This document shows, one piece after another, positions 25,368 to 34,640 of a DNA stretch of 64,000 nucleotides (within the stretch, counting starts at the first letter, position 1; every line of letters starts with the position of its first letter). The stretch is from Puia sp. (GTDB lineage: Bacteria; Bacteroidota; Bacteroidia; Chitinophagales; Chitinophagaceae): contig DATHHO010000194.1 of assembly GCA_035317125.1 (NCBI GenBank), positions 17,930 through 81,929 of the forward strand. The letters run 5' to 3'. The notes beneath the pieces were generated by a model. The model worked only from the letters and a program-made list of their open reading frames with translations. It was not told the DNA's origin and ran no database searches. A program made the translations under genes and the position numbers.

Positions 25368-26873
25368 TTATTTAGCCCACCATACCGGTGTCGTACTCGG
25401 CACCTGGGCCGGCGTGTTACTGTTTTTTGTGCTTTCCGTGGATGGCCAGACAAATCGTTTGGGCATCAGTCCCGGTCCCAGCGATGAATTCCTGGTTATG
25501 ACCAGTCGTCCCGGAACGTAGGCGGCATCGGTCGAATACACGCTGCTGCTGGCGGGAAATCCCGTACGGTTCTTTTCCATATATGCTTCGAGGGCATGAC
25601 ATCCAAAAGCGCAGGAGGCCCATTTCTGCCGGATGACCTGTTCGATCTGGCCCAGCGCCACGCCTCCCTCCATTTCTTTGCCCCATTCATAAGCGCCTCC
25701 GGGTGCGACAAAGGACGACCCATCAAGGTTGATGGAGGCAAACGCTGCGATCACACCCTGGTCATAAAGGCCCTTCGCCTTGCTCCCGCCGAAATAACGG
25801 ATATCCGCCTCTGTCTGCATGAAGTAGGATTCTGCAAGAGAAATAAATTCCACCGGGTCCGTGGCCGCCCGGTGATCGGTGCCGCGGAAAACAGGCGCCG
25901 ATGCATAGGTTGGATCGCTGCCCGCAAAATCCCCCTGGTTGATGGAAGCCGGATGAGCGGCAAGAAAATAATATACGATCCGGGGATCGCTGTTCGACAA
26001 CAGCCAGCTGACGAAGGTAGTGCTGGCCCTGATATTGGAGGGGCTGTTCAGGCTCCTTTTATCCTGTTCGTACAGCGGATTGTCCAGAGACGGCGCGTCG
26101 GTGAAACGGGTAACCGCCGCATCCGTGGTCAGAAAGACCGCTCCGCTGTTATACAAGGCCGTTATACCCGCCGTGGCGACATCCGCATGCGCATTGATCA
26201 TCCGCAGGTACATCTTCAGCTTCAGGGTATTGGCAAAGGCCTTCCAGTTGTCCATGTTACCGGAAAAGACCAGGTCCTGCTTACCGGGCAGCGTATTGGT
26301 GATGGCGGAGAAATCCCTCGCCAATGCCGAATCGATGCTGCTGAGGAGGCTGGTATAGATAAAATAGCCGTCGTCGAATTTTGGGTCCAGTTTCTGCGAC
26401 CCTTTCAGGGCTTCCGAATAAGGCACCTTATCGTAGAGGTCCACCAGCACCTGCAGCGTGTAGGCCTTCATCACCGTGGCCATCAGATAATAGTTCCAGT
26501 CGCCGCTGGCCCCGGCCTGATCGATGACGAACTGATAATTCTTCAGCCCGGTCGTATACAGAGAGGTCCATGAATCATTGACAAAGCCAATGGAGGGTGG
26601 CAGATCGTAGGTATCGATCTTCGTGTACTGCTCCGCGCCATTCGCCTGCGTAAAGAATTCGGACCACATGCCGCCGACGATCTCCAGATCGCCGCCGACC
26701 ATGCCGGTCGTGGCCAGCACGGCCACCGGTAATACGAGTGCGGGGGTGCCCAGCTCCAGCGATGGGAAATTCGGATCGTGGTTGATGTCCAGCTGCTTCC
26801 TGCAGGAGCCGGCCATAAGGACCAGACAAAGCAGGCTGCCTGTCCTGAGCGTTCGTTTGCTTACTGTTCGCAT
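25368..26873 (-). CDS. susD: SusD/RagB family outer-membrane lipoprotein
   Basis: AGSC lipobox; LDINHDPN, LVDLYDKVPYSEAL, FANTLKLKMYLRM, SLAESYFMQTEA, IRQKWAS, PKRFVWP. Confidence 0.93.
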   Translation of the reverse strand: MRTVSKRTLRTGSLLCLVLMAGSCRKQLDINHDPNFPSLELGTPALVLPVAVLATTGMVGGDLEIVGGMWSEFFTQANGAEQYTKIDTYDLPPSIGFVNDSWTSLYTTGLKNYQFVIDQAGASGDWNYYLMATVMKAYTLQVLVDLYDKVPYSEALKGSQKLDPKFDDGYFIYTSLLSSIDSALARDFSAITNTLPGKQDLVFSGNMDNWKAFANTLKLKMYLRMINAHADVATAGITALYNSGAVFLTTDAAVTRFTDAPSLDNPLYEQDKRSLNSPSNIRASTTFVSWLLSNSDPRIVYYFLAAHPASINQGDFAGSDPTYASAPVFRGTDHRAATDPVEFISLAESYFMQTEADIRYFGGSKAKGLYDQGVIAAFASINLDGSSFVAPGGAYEWGKEMEGGVALGQIEQVIRQKWASCAFGCHALEAYMEKNRTGFPASSSVYSTDAAYVPGRLVITRNSSLGPGLMPKRFVWPSTESTKNSNTPAQVPSTTPVWWAK

Positions 26874-26883
26874 GAATAATATT

Positions 26884-29800
26884 TTAGAAGGTAATTTTTA
26901 AAGTTGCGCCATAGCTTTTCGAGAGAGGCCCGCTGGAGAATTCGCCGAGCTGGCCCGCAAGGTCATTGCCGATATTCGTCTGCTCCGGATCCACATATAC
27001 ATTTGACTTTGGCGTCCACAGCAGGAAATTCTTTCCGAAGATGCCGATGGAGGCCGCGGATGCCCCGATCCTTGTGATCCAGGCATGCGGCAGCGTGAAA
27101 GAAATATTCACGTCCCTTAATTTCAGAAAGGACCGGTCGAAGATCTCCAGGCCGTAGCCGGAGCCGGCATTATACGCGGGGTTATAATAACCAAAGGTGA
27201 AATCGTTTTGTCCGCTGCCATGTCCGCCCAATGCCGGCGACCCTGCGCCTATCTGCGTTTTGTTCTCCGAATATACCAGCTTGCCACCCGCATCCAGACT
27301 TGCGTTCACCGAATTGGGCAGCGTGAAGGGTTTGCGGTCGTTATATGTCGTGGCGATGCCGTTGCCGTCGAAGAGCACGGTATTGGCCGTATTGCTGAAC
27401 ATGACGCCGCCATAACGGAAGTCAAGGGAAAAGCTCAGCGCAAAGCTCTTGTACGCAAAACTATTGCTCAGGCCCATGGTATAATCGTAGATGCCGGCGC
27501 CGAAATAGCCGTCCGCCAGACCGAATTTATCCAGGGGGGTGGCGTTGACCATCGGGAAACCCGAGTTGGCATCGACCACGACCCTTCCATCCGATGTCTT
27601 CTGCGGGACGGGCGCATAAATGGAGGCCACCGATTTGCCCAGGACGGACCGGAGCCCGGCGCCGCCACTGACGCCATAGATCAGCGGGTTCTTCGTGGCC
27701 CCGGTCAGTTCGTCCACCTTATTCCAGTTCCTCGCGAACGTATAGACGAAGTTCCACGTGAAGTCCTTCGTCTGCAACGGCACGGCGTTCAGCGTAAGCT
27801 CGATGCCTTTATTGCTCACGACCCCAAGGTTCTCCACGACGTTGGTGTATCCCGTTGTCGGCGCGGTGGGGATCTTGAAGATCTGACCTTTGTCCTTTCT
27901 GTCATAGCCGGTGATATCGAGCCCCAGCCGGTCGTGGAAGAATTTGATCTCGGTCCCGAATTCCAGTTCGTCGACCAATATGGGTTTCAGATTCGTATTC
28001 CCGATGACATCGCTGATCCCAAATCCGCTGACCCCGTTGAACGGCGTGGTCAGGGTGCCGAATGGCAGGTTGACGGTGCCCGCGCCAAGACTGGGATAGA
28101 CCAGATAGGGCGCTGCATCCGAGCCGGTACGTCCATAAGCGGCCCTGAATTTGAGGAACGAAATGGTGTTCCTCGACTTCAGCATTTCCGAGGCTACCCA
28201 CGAAAGGTTGGCGCCTGGATAAAAAATGGAATTGTGATCGATGGGCAGTGTGGATGACCAGTCGTTACGGACATTCCCCGTGAGGAATAACTGGTTCTGG
28301 TACGAGAGGGTCACCTGTCCGTAGACGCCCATTTTCCTGCGCAGCGCGCTCTGGTCGAGGACGACGGGCGCGAGGCTGGTATTGGACAGGCTGTAGAAGC
28401 CCGGTATGACCAGATTGGTGATCGCCGATGCCGCGGACTGTTGGTTGACCTGGTAATAATTGGCGCCGGCCAGTGCATCCAGCGAGAAATCCTTTCCGAG
28501 GTCGGTATTGTATTTCAGGATGAAGTCCCCGTTGATGATCCCGTAGAAATCCGCGGAACGGGTCACGGAGCCCGCATCTTCGCTCCTGGTCCATTGTTCG
28601 GGGTTGCCGGCTGAATTCCAGCTGCCGGGGCTGGCGGAGGCTACCTGCTTCCAGGTCAGGGTCCTGGCGTTGGTAAAGTCACCGCCAATTCTCAGCACGG
28701 CGCTGAGGGAATGGCTGATCTTATAGCCCATGTCCAGGTCCCCGAAGAAACGGTCCGACCGCTGCTGGTTGCCATTCTCGTTCAATCCAAAATAGGCGTT
28801 CTCCGAGAAAGGGGTAAAATAATTATCGATGTTGAAGAACTTGTTTTTATAATCCCGGAATTGCCGGATAGAGATATCGACGGGGATCTGCAGGACATTC
28901 AGGAAGATCCCCCCACCGTCGGAACCGTTCTGGCCCGTACCGGGAATGCTCAGCTTGCGGTTGATATAGTTGAAAGAGGTATTGAACGAAAAATTGCCAT
29001 AGTTGCTGTTGGTCCTCAACGCAAAGGAATTCCGCTGAAGGAAATCGGACTTCGTGGGTACGACCCCGTCACTGTTGGTGTTGCCATACGAGAAGTAGAA
29101 TCGGTTGGCGTCCGTGCCGCCGGAGATCGCCAGGTTGTTGGTGGTCTCCAGACCCGTCTCGTAAAAATCCCGCAGGCCGTTCTTCACGGCGGAGAAGGGC
29201 TTGATCAGCTGAGAATTATCGACCTTGGATCCCCAGAGCCTGGGCTTGCCATCGAGGCGGGGTCCCCAGGAGCCGTTCTCGCTGAGCACGAATACTCCCC
29301 CCCATCCCTGACCGAACTCCGTCTGGTAATCGGGCAGCTTGCCAACCTTGCTGACGGTGACGGCGCTGTTGAATTCTATTTTTAGTTTGCCGGCATGGCC
29401 TTTCTTGGTAGTGATCATGATGGCGCCGTTCTTGGCCAGCCCGCCATACAGCGATGAGGCCGCCGTTCCTTTCAGCACGGTGATGCTTTCAATATCGTTG
29501 GGGTTGACATCGTTCATCCCGTTACCGAAGTCCTGCTGGTTTGACAGGAGGTTACCCCCATTGGTAAGGCTGCTGTTGTTCTGGATCTGCACATCGCTGA
29601 GTGGTACGCCGTCGATGACGTACAGCGGCTGGTTGTTGCCACCGGCGATGACACCATATCCTCTCAGGATCACTTTTGTGGAAGACCCCGGCCCGCCGGT
29701 GTTGGAGATCTCGGCGCCGGCGATTTTACCCTGTAGTCCGTCGCGCATGCCGACGGGGGCGTTCTTGTTGATGGCTGCGGTTCCAAAGGTAGTCGTGGAG

Positions 29801-30189
29801 TAGCCAAGCCTGGCCTTGCTCTGGGATTGCCCCAGGGCCGTAACGACCACTTCCGTCAACGCCGTTTCCTTGGGGATCAGCGTCACGTCGAGGCTGGTCC
29901 CGTTGACGACGACCTCGGCGGTCTGGTAGGCGGCGGATGTGATGACGAGGGTCTGCCCGCGGGTAAGCCGCAGATGGAAGGCGCCGTCCACATCCGCGGC
30001 GATGGAGGCCTTGCTGCCTTTGATCCGGATGGTGGCGAAGGGAACGGCCTCGCCCTTGTTGTTGCTGATCTTGCCGGTGATGGTTTCGGGCTGTGCGGCG
30101 GGCTGCCGTTGCGTCGGCGACTGTGCAACGGACGGTGCGATCCCTCCCAACACGCCAAAGAAGAAGGAGAACAGAAGAAAAATTCGCAT
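26884..30189 (-). CDS. susC: SusC/RagA family TonB-dependent transporter
   Basis: N-terminal extension, plug with QPLYVIDGVP and DIESITVLKG...AASSLYG...NGAIMITTKKG, barrel ending in YGATLKITF. Confidence 0.95.
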   Translation of the reverse strand: MRIFLLFSFFFGVLGGIAPSVAQSPTQRQPAAQPETITGKISNNKGEAVPFATIRIKGSKASIAADVDGAFHLRLTRGQTLVITSAAYQTAEVVVNGTSLDVTLIPKETALTEVVVTALGQSQSKARLGYSTTTFGTAAINKNAPVGMRDGLQGKIAGAEISNTGGPGSSTKVILRGYGVIAGGNNQPLYVIDGVPLSDVQIQNNSSLTNGGNLLSNQQDFGNGMNDVNPNDIESITVLKGTAASSLYGGLAKNGAIMITTKKGHAGKLKIEFNSAVTVSKVGKLPDYQTEFGQGWGGVFVLSENGSWGPRLDGKPRLWGSKVDNSQLIKPFSAVKNGLRDFYETGLETTNNLAISGGTDANRFYFSYGNTNSDGVVPTKSDFLQRNSFALRTNSNYGNFSFNTSFNYINRKLSIPGTGQNGSDGGGIFLNVLQIPVDISIRQFRDYKNKFFNIDNYFTPFSENAYFGLNENGNQQRSDRFFGDLDMGYKISHSLSAVLRIGGDFTNARTLTWKQVASASPGSWNSAGNPEQWTRSEDAGSVTRSADFYGIINGDFILKYNTDLGKDFSLDALAGANYYQVNQQSAASAITNLVIPGFYSLSNTSLAPVVLDQSALRRKMGVYGQVTLSYQNQLFLTGNVRNDWSSTLPIDHNSIFYPGANLSWVASEMLKSRNTISFLKFRAAYGRTGSDAAPYLVYPSLGAGTVNLPFGTLTTPFNGVSGFGISDVIGNTNLKPILVDELEFGTEIKFFHDRLGLDITGYDRKDKGQIFKIPTAPTTGYTNVVENLGVVSNKGIELTLNAVPLQTKDFTWNFVYTFARNWNKVDELTGATKNPLIYGVSGGAGLRSVLGKSVASIYAPVPQKTSDGRVVVDANSGFPMVNATPLDKFGLADGYFGAGIYDYTMGLSNSFAYKSFALSFSLDFRYGGVMFSNTANTVLFDGNGIATTYNDRKPFTLPNSVNASLDAGGKLVYSENKTQIGAGSPALGGHGSGQNDFTFGYYNPAYNAGSGYGLEIFDRSFLKLRDVNISFTLPHAWITRIGASAASIGIFGKNFLLWTPKSNVYVDPEQTNIGNDLAGQLGEFSSGPLSKSYGATLKITF

Positions 30190-30240
30190 AGACAGTTTTT
30201 TTGATTAAGCTGATAGAATAGTATGGGGTAGACAAGCGAA

Positions 30241-30259
30241 TTTGCGCCGGAGGGGAGAT
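30241..30259. promoter_or_regulatory. Weak candidate 8-3-8 operator site upstream of susC
   Basis: TTTGCGCC-GGA-GGGGAGAT; one good half-site, 52-70 nt from the ATG. Confidence 0.3.
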
Positions 30260-30349
30260 TATCGGCGGGGCAGGCGCTCAATATGGACTCTCGCTGCCGG
30301 AACGAGTGAAAAATCCTGCTGATCGGATGGCGGGGAAAGCAGCGGGGTG

Positions 30350-30997
30350 CTAGATAAATCTGTTCTTTTTCGCCTCGCTGATGGCGTCGGCGCGGGAGTG
30401 GACGTTTAGCTTGAAGTAAATGTTCTTGATATGCGTCTTTACGGTCTCGAGGTCGATGAATAATTCCTTGCCGATGCGGGTGCGGCTGACTCCGTTGGAG
30501 ATCATCTCCAGGATCTGGGTCTCCCGTTTGGTCAGCGGCGTATCCTGGTTCTTTTGAAAGGACCGGATGACCAGGCGTGCGATATTCGCGCTCATGGGAC
30601 CGCCGCCCTCCATCACATCATAGATGGACTGGATCACCTTGTCCGAGCTGGTATTCTTGGTAAGGTATCCCGAAGCGCCCCGGGTGAGCGCATCGAGGAT
30701 GACCGACTCCGAATCATATACGGTCAGGATGATGATATGAGCGCCGGGGGCCAGGGCTTTTATCCTGGGTATGGCCTCTGTACCCGTCATGCCGGGGAGT
30801 CCGATATCCAGCAGGATCACGTCCGGGTTATCATCCCTGATCGTCCTGAACGCCTCTTCCGCCGAGTCATAGGTATTGACGACCCGGTAGGCCGGGTTGG
30901 AGTTGATCAGGTAACCGTACCCGTCCCTGATCGTCGCGTCGTCTTCGATCAGAACGACCCTGATCACATATTTTCCGGTCATTTGTGTGGATGTCAT
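30350..30997 (-). CDS. NarL/LuxR-family response regulator
   Basis: LIEDD, LLDIGLPG, GYLTKN; LTKRETQIL...TVKTHIKNIYFKLNV. Confidence 0.95.
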   Translation of the reverse strand: MTSTQMTGKYVIRVVLIEDDATIRDGYGYLINSNPAYRVVNTYDSAEEAFRTIRDDNPDVILLDIGLPGMTGTEAIPRIKALAPGAHIIILTVYDSESVILDALTRGASGYLTKNTSSDKVIQSIYDVMEGGGPMSANIARLVIRSFQKNQDTPLTKRETQILEMISNGVSRTRIGKELFIDLETVKTHIKNIYFKLNVHSRADAISEAKKNRFI

Positions 30998-30998
30998 A

Positions 30999-33900
30999 CT
31001 ATCCTATTTTAATGGTCAGTTCTATACGGGTGCCGGAGGGCGCCACAATTCCTGCGGGTTGTCCTCTGCCCGGCGCCGCAATTGCCTTGGATTCTCCTTC
31101 CCGGCTGCCGGCGGCGGAAACGATCTTCAGACCGGCATGGATCCTGGAGGAGCGCATATGCATATTGTTTACCCCATACCCTTTTTTGTTTTGCTGGAGA
31201 TGACGGACGGATGGCGATCCCGACGGGTCTTGCGCGACAAACCCTTTCCCATCGTCCTCCAGCGAAAAAATCATGGCATGCTGCCCATCGGACCGGATCC
31301 GGAAAATGACATTGCGGCAACCGGAATGCTTCAGGACATTGTTCATCGCCTCCTTAAAGATCATGGTGATGTTGCGGCTGTAATCGCTGGGCAGCCGCGT
31401 GCTCATCGTCCCGGGCGTCTCCGTCACGAACTGGAACTGGATGGCCGTCTCCTGAAAGAGCTCGATGCCAAAATCCTGAAGGCGCGTGGAGATCCCGTCC
31501 ACACTGTCGCTCTCGGGGTTCAGGGACCAGAGGATATCCTTGGTCCCGGTATAAAGCGCGGCTACATTCTCTTTGATCTGTGTGAGGATCCTGGCCGTGT
31601 CTGCGGAAGTGGAGGACGCGGCGGGCCGTGCGTCCCCGGGCAGCGCGGCAGCATGGGCCGGCGCAGCAGTGGATGATGCCGGTCCGGATGATCCGGCGGC
31701 TGGAGGCGAGGCAGCGGCAAGGGCCGGCGTGCCGGACAATTTATTCTGTAGTATATCCGTCAGCACGGAGATCCGCGTCAGCTTGTTTCCCAGCTCATCA
31801 TGAAAATCTTCGGATGTGCGCTGCCGGATGATAAGCTGCTCCTCCTGTTTAAGCTTCTCGATCTGCCGCTGTCGTCTGACCTTCGACCGGATGCGGTAGC
31901 TCTGGATCCAGAGCGTCAGGCCGATCAACAGCATGATCAGCAGCAGATCGAACAGCTTTGTTTTATAAAAAGGCGCGATGATCTCAAAGGGAAAAGCCGC
32001 CTCATTATCCGAATAGCCCGCATCCGCGGTGTAGGAACGGACGAGGAAGCGGTATTTGCCGGGTGGCAGGCCGGGATATACGACAAAAGGGTCCGGCGTC
32101 AGATCGGAGAACCGCTTGTCCGCCCCTTCCAGCATATACTCATAATACACGGCGTCCGGATTGGCCAGGCTGATGCCCCTGAACTCAAAGCTCAGATGGT
32201 TGCTGTCATGGGCCAGACGCAGACCGGGGGGAATGGCATATCCCTCCGTCAGGCTGTCTGCATAGCTGACGGGGCTCCCCGGCGCAACCGGCCCCATCTC
32301 CTTTGAGAAAAGCCTCACTTTCTGCAGGACGATATGAGAAGGAAAGGATTGACGGGCAACGGTGGATGGAGTATATATGACGGCGCCGTTGTTCGTTCCC
32401 CACCAGATGCTGCGGTCCCTGCGCATAAAGCTTACATTCTCGCTGCATTCGCTGGCCGTCATCGATCCCTTCACGGCGTAGCTGATGATCCGCGCCTTCT
32501 CCGCCAAGGTCCCGGACGCCGCGCCGACCTTGCCAGCCGCAGTTCCGGCACCTCCGCCCGCTCTGCTGCCTCCGGCTCCCCCACTCCCGCCGAAGGCCAG
32601 TTTGTTGATGCCGCGACCCGTACCCGCCCAGACATCGCCCTGTCCATCCACCAGCAGGCTGTATATAAAATCCGAACTGAGGCCGTCGGCCGCCCGGTAG
32701 CCGCTCATGCTGTTCCGGGTCAGGTCCCAGGCTACGATCCCTTTATCCTCGGTCCCGATAAAAATAATGTTATCCCTGCGGGTCATGCACATCACCGGCG
32801 AATTACCCAGCGGCTTCACCAATTCCGGCGCGCCGCCTTTTCCGATCAGGAAGAGCCCTTCCGGCGTACCGGCCAGCACGGAATCCTTACCCGCGACGAA
32901 CACGCAATTGGTAAAATTCGTAAGCCGGATGATCTGCGCATGACCGTCATGGTAATGAAATAATCCGAACGGGGTGGCGAACCAGTAGTTGACGCTCCGC
33001 CCGCGCCGCGTGTTGTCGCCTGTCTTGTTGCTGTCTCCGGCTTTGTCGCTGTCGCCCGTCTGGCTGCTGTCCTCCGCCGCCGCATTGATGAACGCGGGGA
33101 GGCCCGTGCCGGGCCGGTCCATCCGGGAGAAGCGTTCGGCGCCAGCCGCCACGTCTGTCCTTCCGGGCCGGCCGGCTCCACCAGTTCCACCAGCCCCATC
33201 ACCCACGCCTGCGCGCCCTGCCCCGGGTCCATATTCCCAGATGCCTTCATTCTCCGTTCCGATCAGCAGTCCGCCTCCCCGGCTGGGGTATATGCTGGTG
33301 ATCTTTTTTATCGTTACCCCCGCGGGTACGCTGATCCTCGCGAGCCGCCCTCCTTCATAACGGTAAAGCCCATCCCCATACACGCCCATCACGATCCGGT
33401 GCTGTCCATCCTCTGCGATGCCCGTGATAAGGGTGCCCGTAAGCCCCTGCGACCGGTCGAGGAAACTGAAGTCCTCATAAGAATACCGGAAGATCCCCGA
33501 TCCGTTGGTGGCAAACCAGACATTGTTCTCCCTGTCCCGGAAGATATCGCCGACCGGGCTCTCGGTAAATCCGTTGGCGGTAGAGAACCGCGTCAGGGCA
33601 TGATCCGCCCAGCGGTATAACCCCTTGGTGCTGGAGATCCAGAGATCGGAGAAAGGCCCCTGGGCTGCCGTGATCAGATCGCCTTCAAGGCCTTTCAACG
33701 CCGCATCCTGCACAGGATGGACCTTTCCATGCAGGGCTTCCAGCATTCCCCGCGCATGCAGCAGCCAGATCCTGCCTTCCACCGCATCGTCGAACAGTAT
33801 CTTCGAAATGACAAGCGGGTTACCGGACAAACCGATCTTAGGGACCCAGCTTCCATTTTCCAGTGCATAAATACCTTTTTTATAAATGGCAACCCAGGGC

Positions 33901-34550
33901 CGTCCCGATCTGTCCAGCGAGATCGTGCTGTAGATCGAGACGCTGTCGCCGTCGGCGAACACGGGGGAGAAGACCTGGTTGCCGGATGCCCGCATATCGG
34001 GAGTGGTCCGCGCATCGGGGGAGGGGACGGGATCGGGGAACGGTCCAGCACCGGGGTTTGCGCCCACATTGATCCGGTACAGCCCCCGCCCGGCGAGGGC
34101 CCAGAGCACGCCCTGCGTATCCTGCACCACCATGCGGATAAAGTTGGTGCCTGAACGGCCGGGAAAGGGATAATTGGTAAACCGGTTGCCGTTAAAATAA
34201 CAAAGACCGGAGGTCGTGCCGACCCAGATGCCCTTTCTGCGGTCATTGATCACCGAGGTGGAAAAATTATAGAGAAGGCCGTCGGCCTGGGAAAAATTCC
34301 GGAACTGTCGCCCGTCAAACCGGGAGATGCCGCCCACCGTTGCGATCCACAGATGATGCGCCGCGTCCTGGCAGAAAGCATTCGCCTGGGATTGCACCAA
34401 CCCTTCTTCCACATTGTATTTAAAAAAGCTGTATTTCTGGCCGCACAGATCACGCGGGGCCACAAAGAACAGAAAGAGGAACAACCAACTGTACCGGTCG
34501 CTGAACGGCCCGCCAGACGGCTTACCCAATGAAAGTAAACAGATTCTCAT
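30999..34550 (-). CDS. Beta-propeller (Reg_prop/Y_Y_Y) sensor histidine kinase, HisKA_3 type
   Basis: Start reassigned to ATG 34550; GLVQSQ..QD..HLWIAT.GG repeats, Y_Y_Y domain YEYMLEG...LPPGKYRFLVRS, TM, H-box EDFHDELGN, EDDGKGF, GYGVNNM; several Gly/Ala/Pro insertions. Confidence 0.92.
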   Translation of the reverse strand: MRICLLSLGKPSGGPFSDRYSWLFLFLFFVAPRDLCGQKYSFFKYNVEEGLVQSQANAFCQDAAHHLWIATVGGISRFDGRQFRNFSQADGLLYNFSTSVINDRRKGIWVGTTSGLCYFNGNRFTNYPFPGRSGTNFIRMVVQDTQGVLWALAGRGLYRINVGANPGAGPFPDPVPSPDARTTPDMRASGNQVFSPVFADGDSVSIYSTISLDRSGRPWVAIYKKGIYALENGSWVPKIGLSGNPLVISKILFDDAVEGRIWLLHARGMLEALHGKVHPVQDAALKGLEGDLITAAQGPFSDLWISSTKGLYRWADHALTRFSTANGFTESPVGDIFRDRENNVWFATNGSGIFRYSYEDFSFLDRSQGLTGTLITGIAEDGQHRIVMGVYGDGLYRYEGGRLARISVPAGVTIKKITSIYPSRGGGLLIGTENEGIWEYGPGAGRAGVGDGAGGTGGAGRPGRTDVAAGAERFSRMDRPGTGLPAFINAAAEDSSQTGDSDKAGDSNKTGDNTRRGRSVNYWFATPFGLFHYHDGHAQIIRLTNFTNCVFVAGKDSVLAGTPEGLFLIGKGGAPELVKPLGNSPVMCMTRRDNIIFIGTEDKGIVAWDLTRNSMSGYRAADGLSSDFIYSLLVDGQGDVWAGTGRGINKLAFGGSGGAGGSRAGGGAGTAAGKVGAASGTLAEKARIISYAVKGSMTASECSENVSFMRRDRSIWWGTNNGAVIYTPSTVARQSFPSHIVLQKVRLFSKEMGPVAPGSPVSYADSLTEGYAIPPGLRLAHDSNHLSFEFRGISLANPDAVYYEYMLEGADKRFSDLTPDPFVVYPGLPPGKYRFLVRSYTADAGYSDNEAAFPFEIIAPFYKTKLFDLLLIMLLIGLTLWIQSYRIRSKVRRQRQIEKLKQEEQLIIRQRTSEDFHDELGNKLTRISVLTDILQNKLSGTPALAAASPPAAGSSGPASSTAAPAHAAALPGDARPAASSTSADTARILTQIKENVAALYTGTKDILWSLNPESDSVDGISTRLQDFGIELFQETAIQFQFVTETPGTMSTRLPSDYSRNITMIFKEAMNNVLKHSGCRNVIFRIRSDGQHAMIFSLEDDGKGFVAQDPSGSPSVRHLQQNKKGYGVNNMHMRSSRIHAGLKIVSAAGSREGESKAIAAPGRGQPAGIVAPSGTRIELTIKIG

Positions 34551-34585
34551 GCTTGAGATAAAATTGCCGTTTAAATGTAATACAT

Positions 34586-34610
34586 AAAATCCCCCTTTCA
34601 GGGGGATTTT
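34586..34610. promoter_or_regulatory. Perfect 11-3-11 inverted repeat (operator and/or terminator)
   Basis: AAAATCCCCCT-TTC-AGGGGGATTTT, between the TBDR stop and the kinase start. Confidence 0.6.
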
Positions 34611-34640
34611 GATGGCTGGCATACTCCCGCAGGGCGGCAA

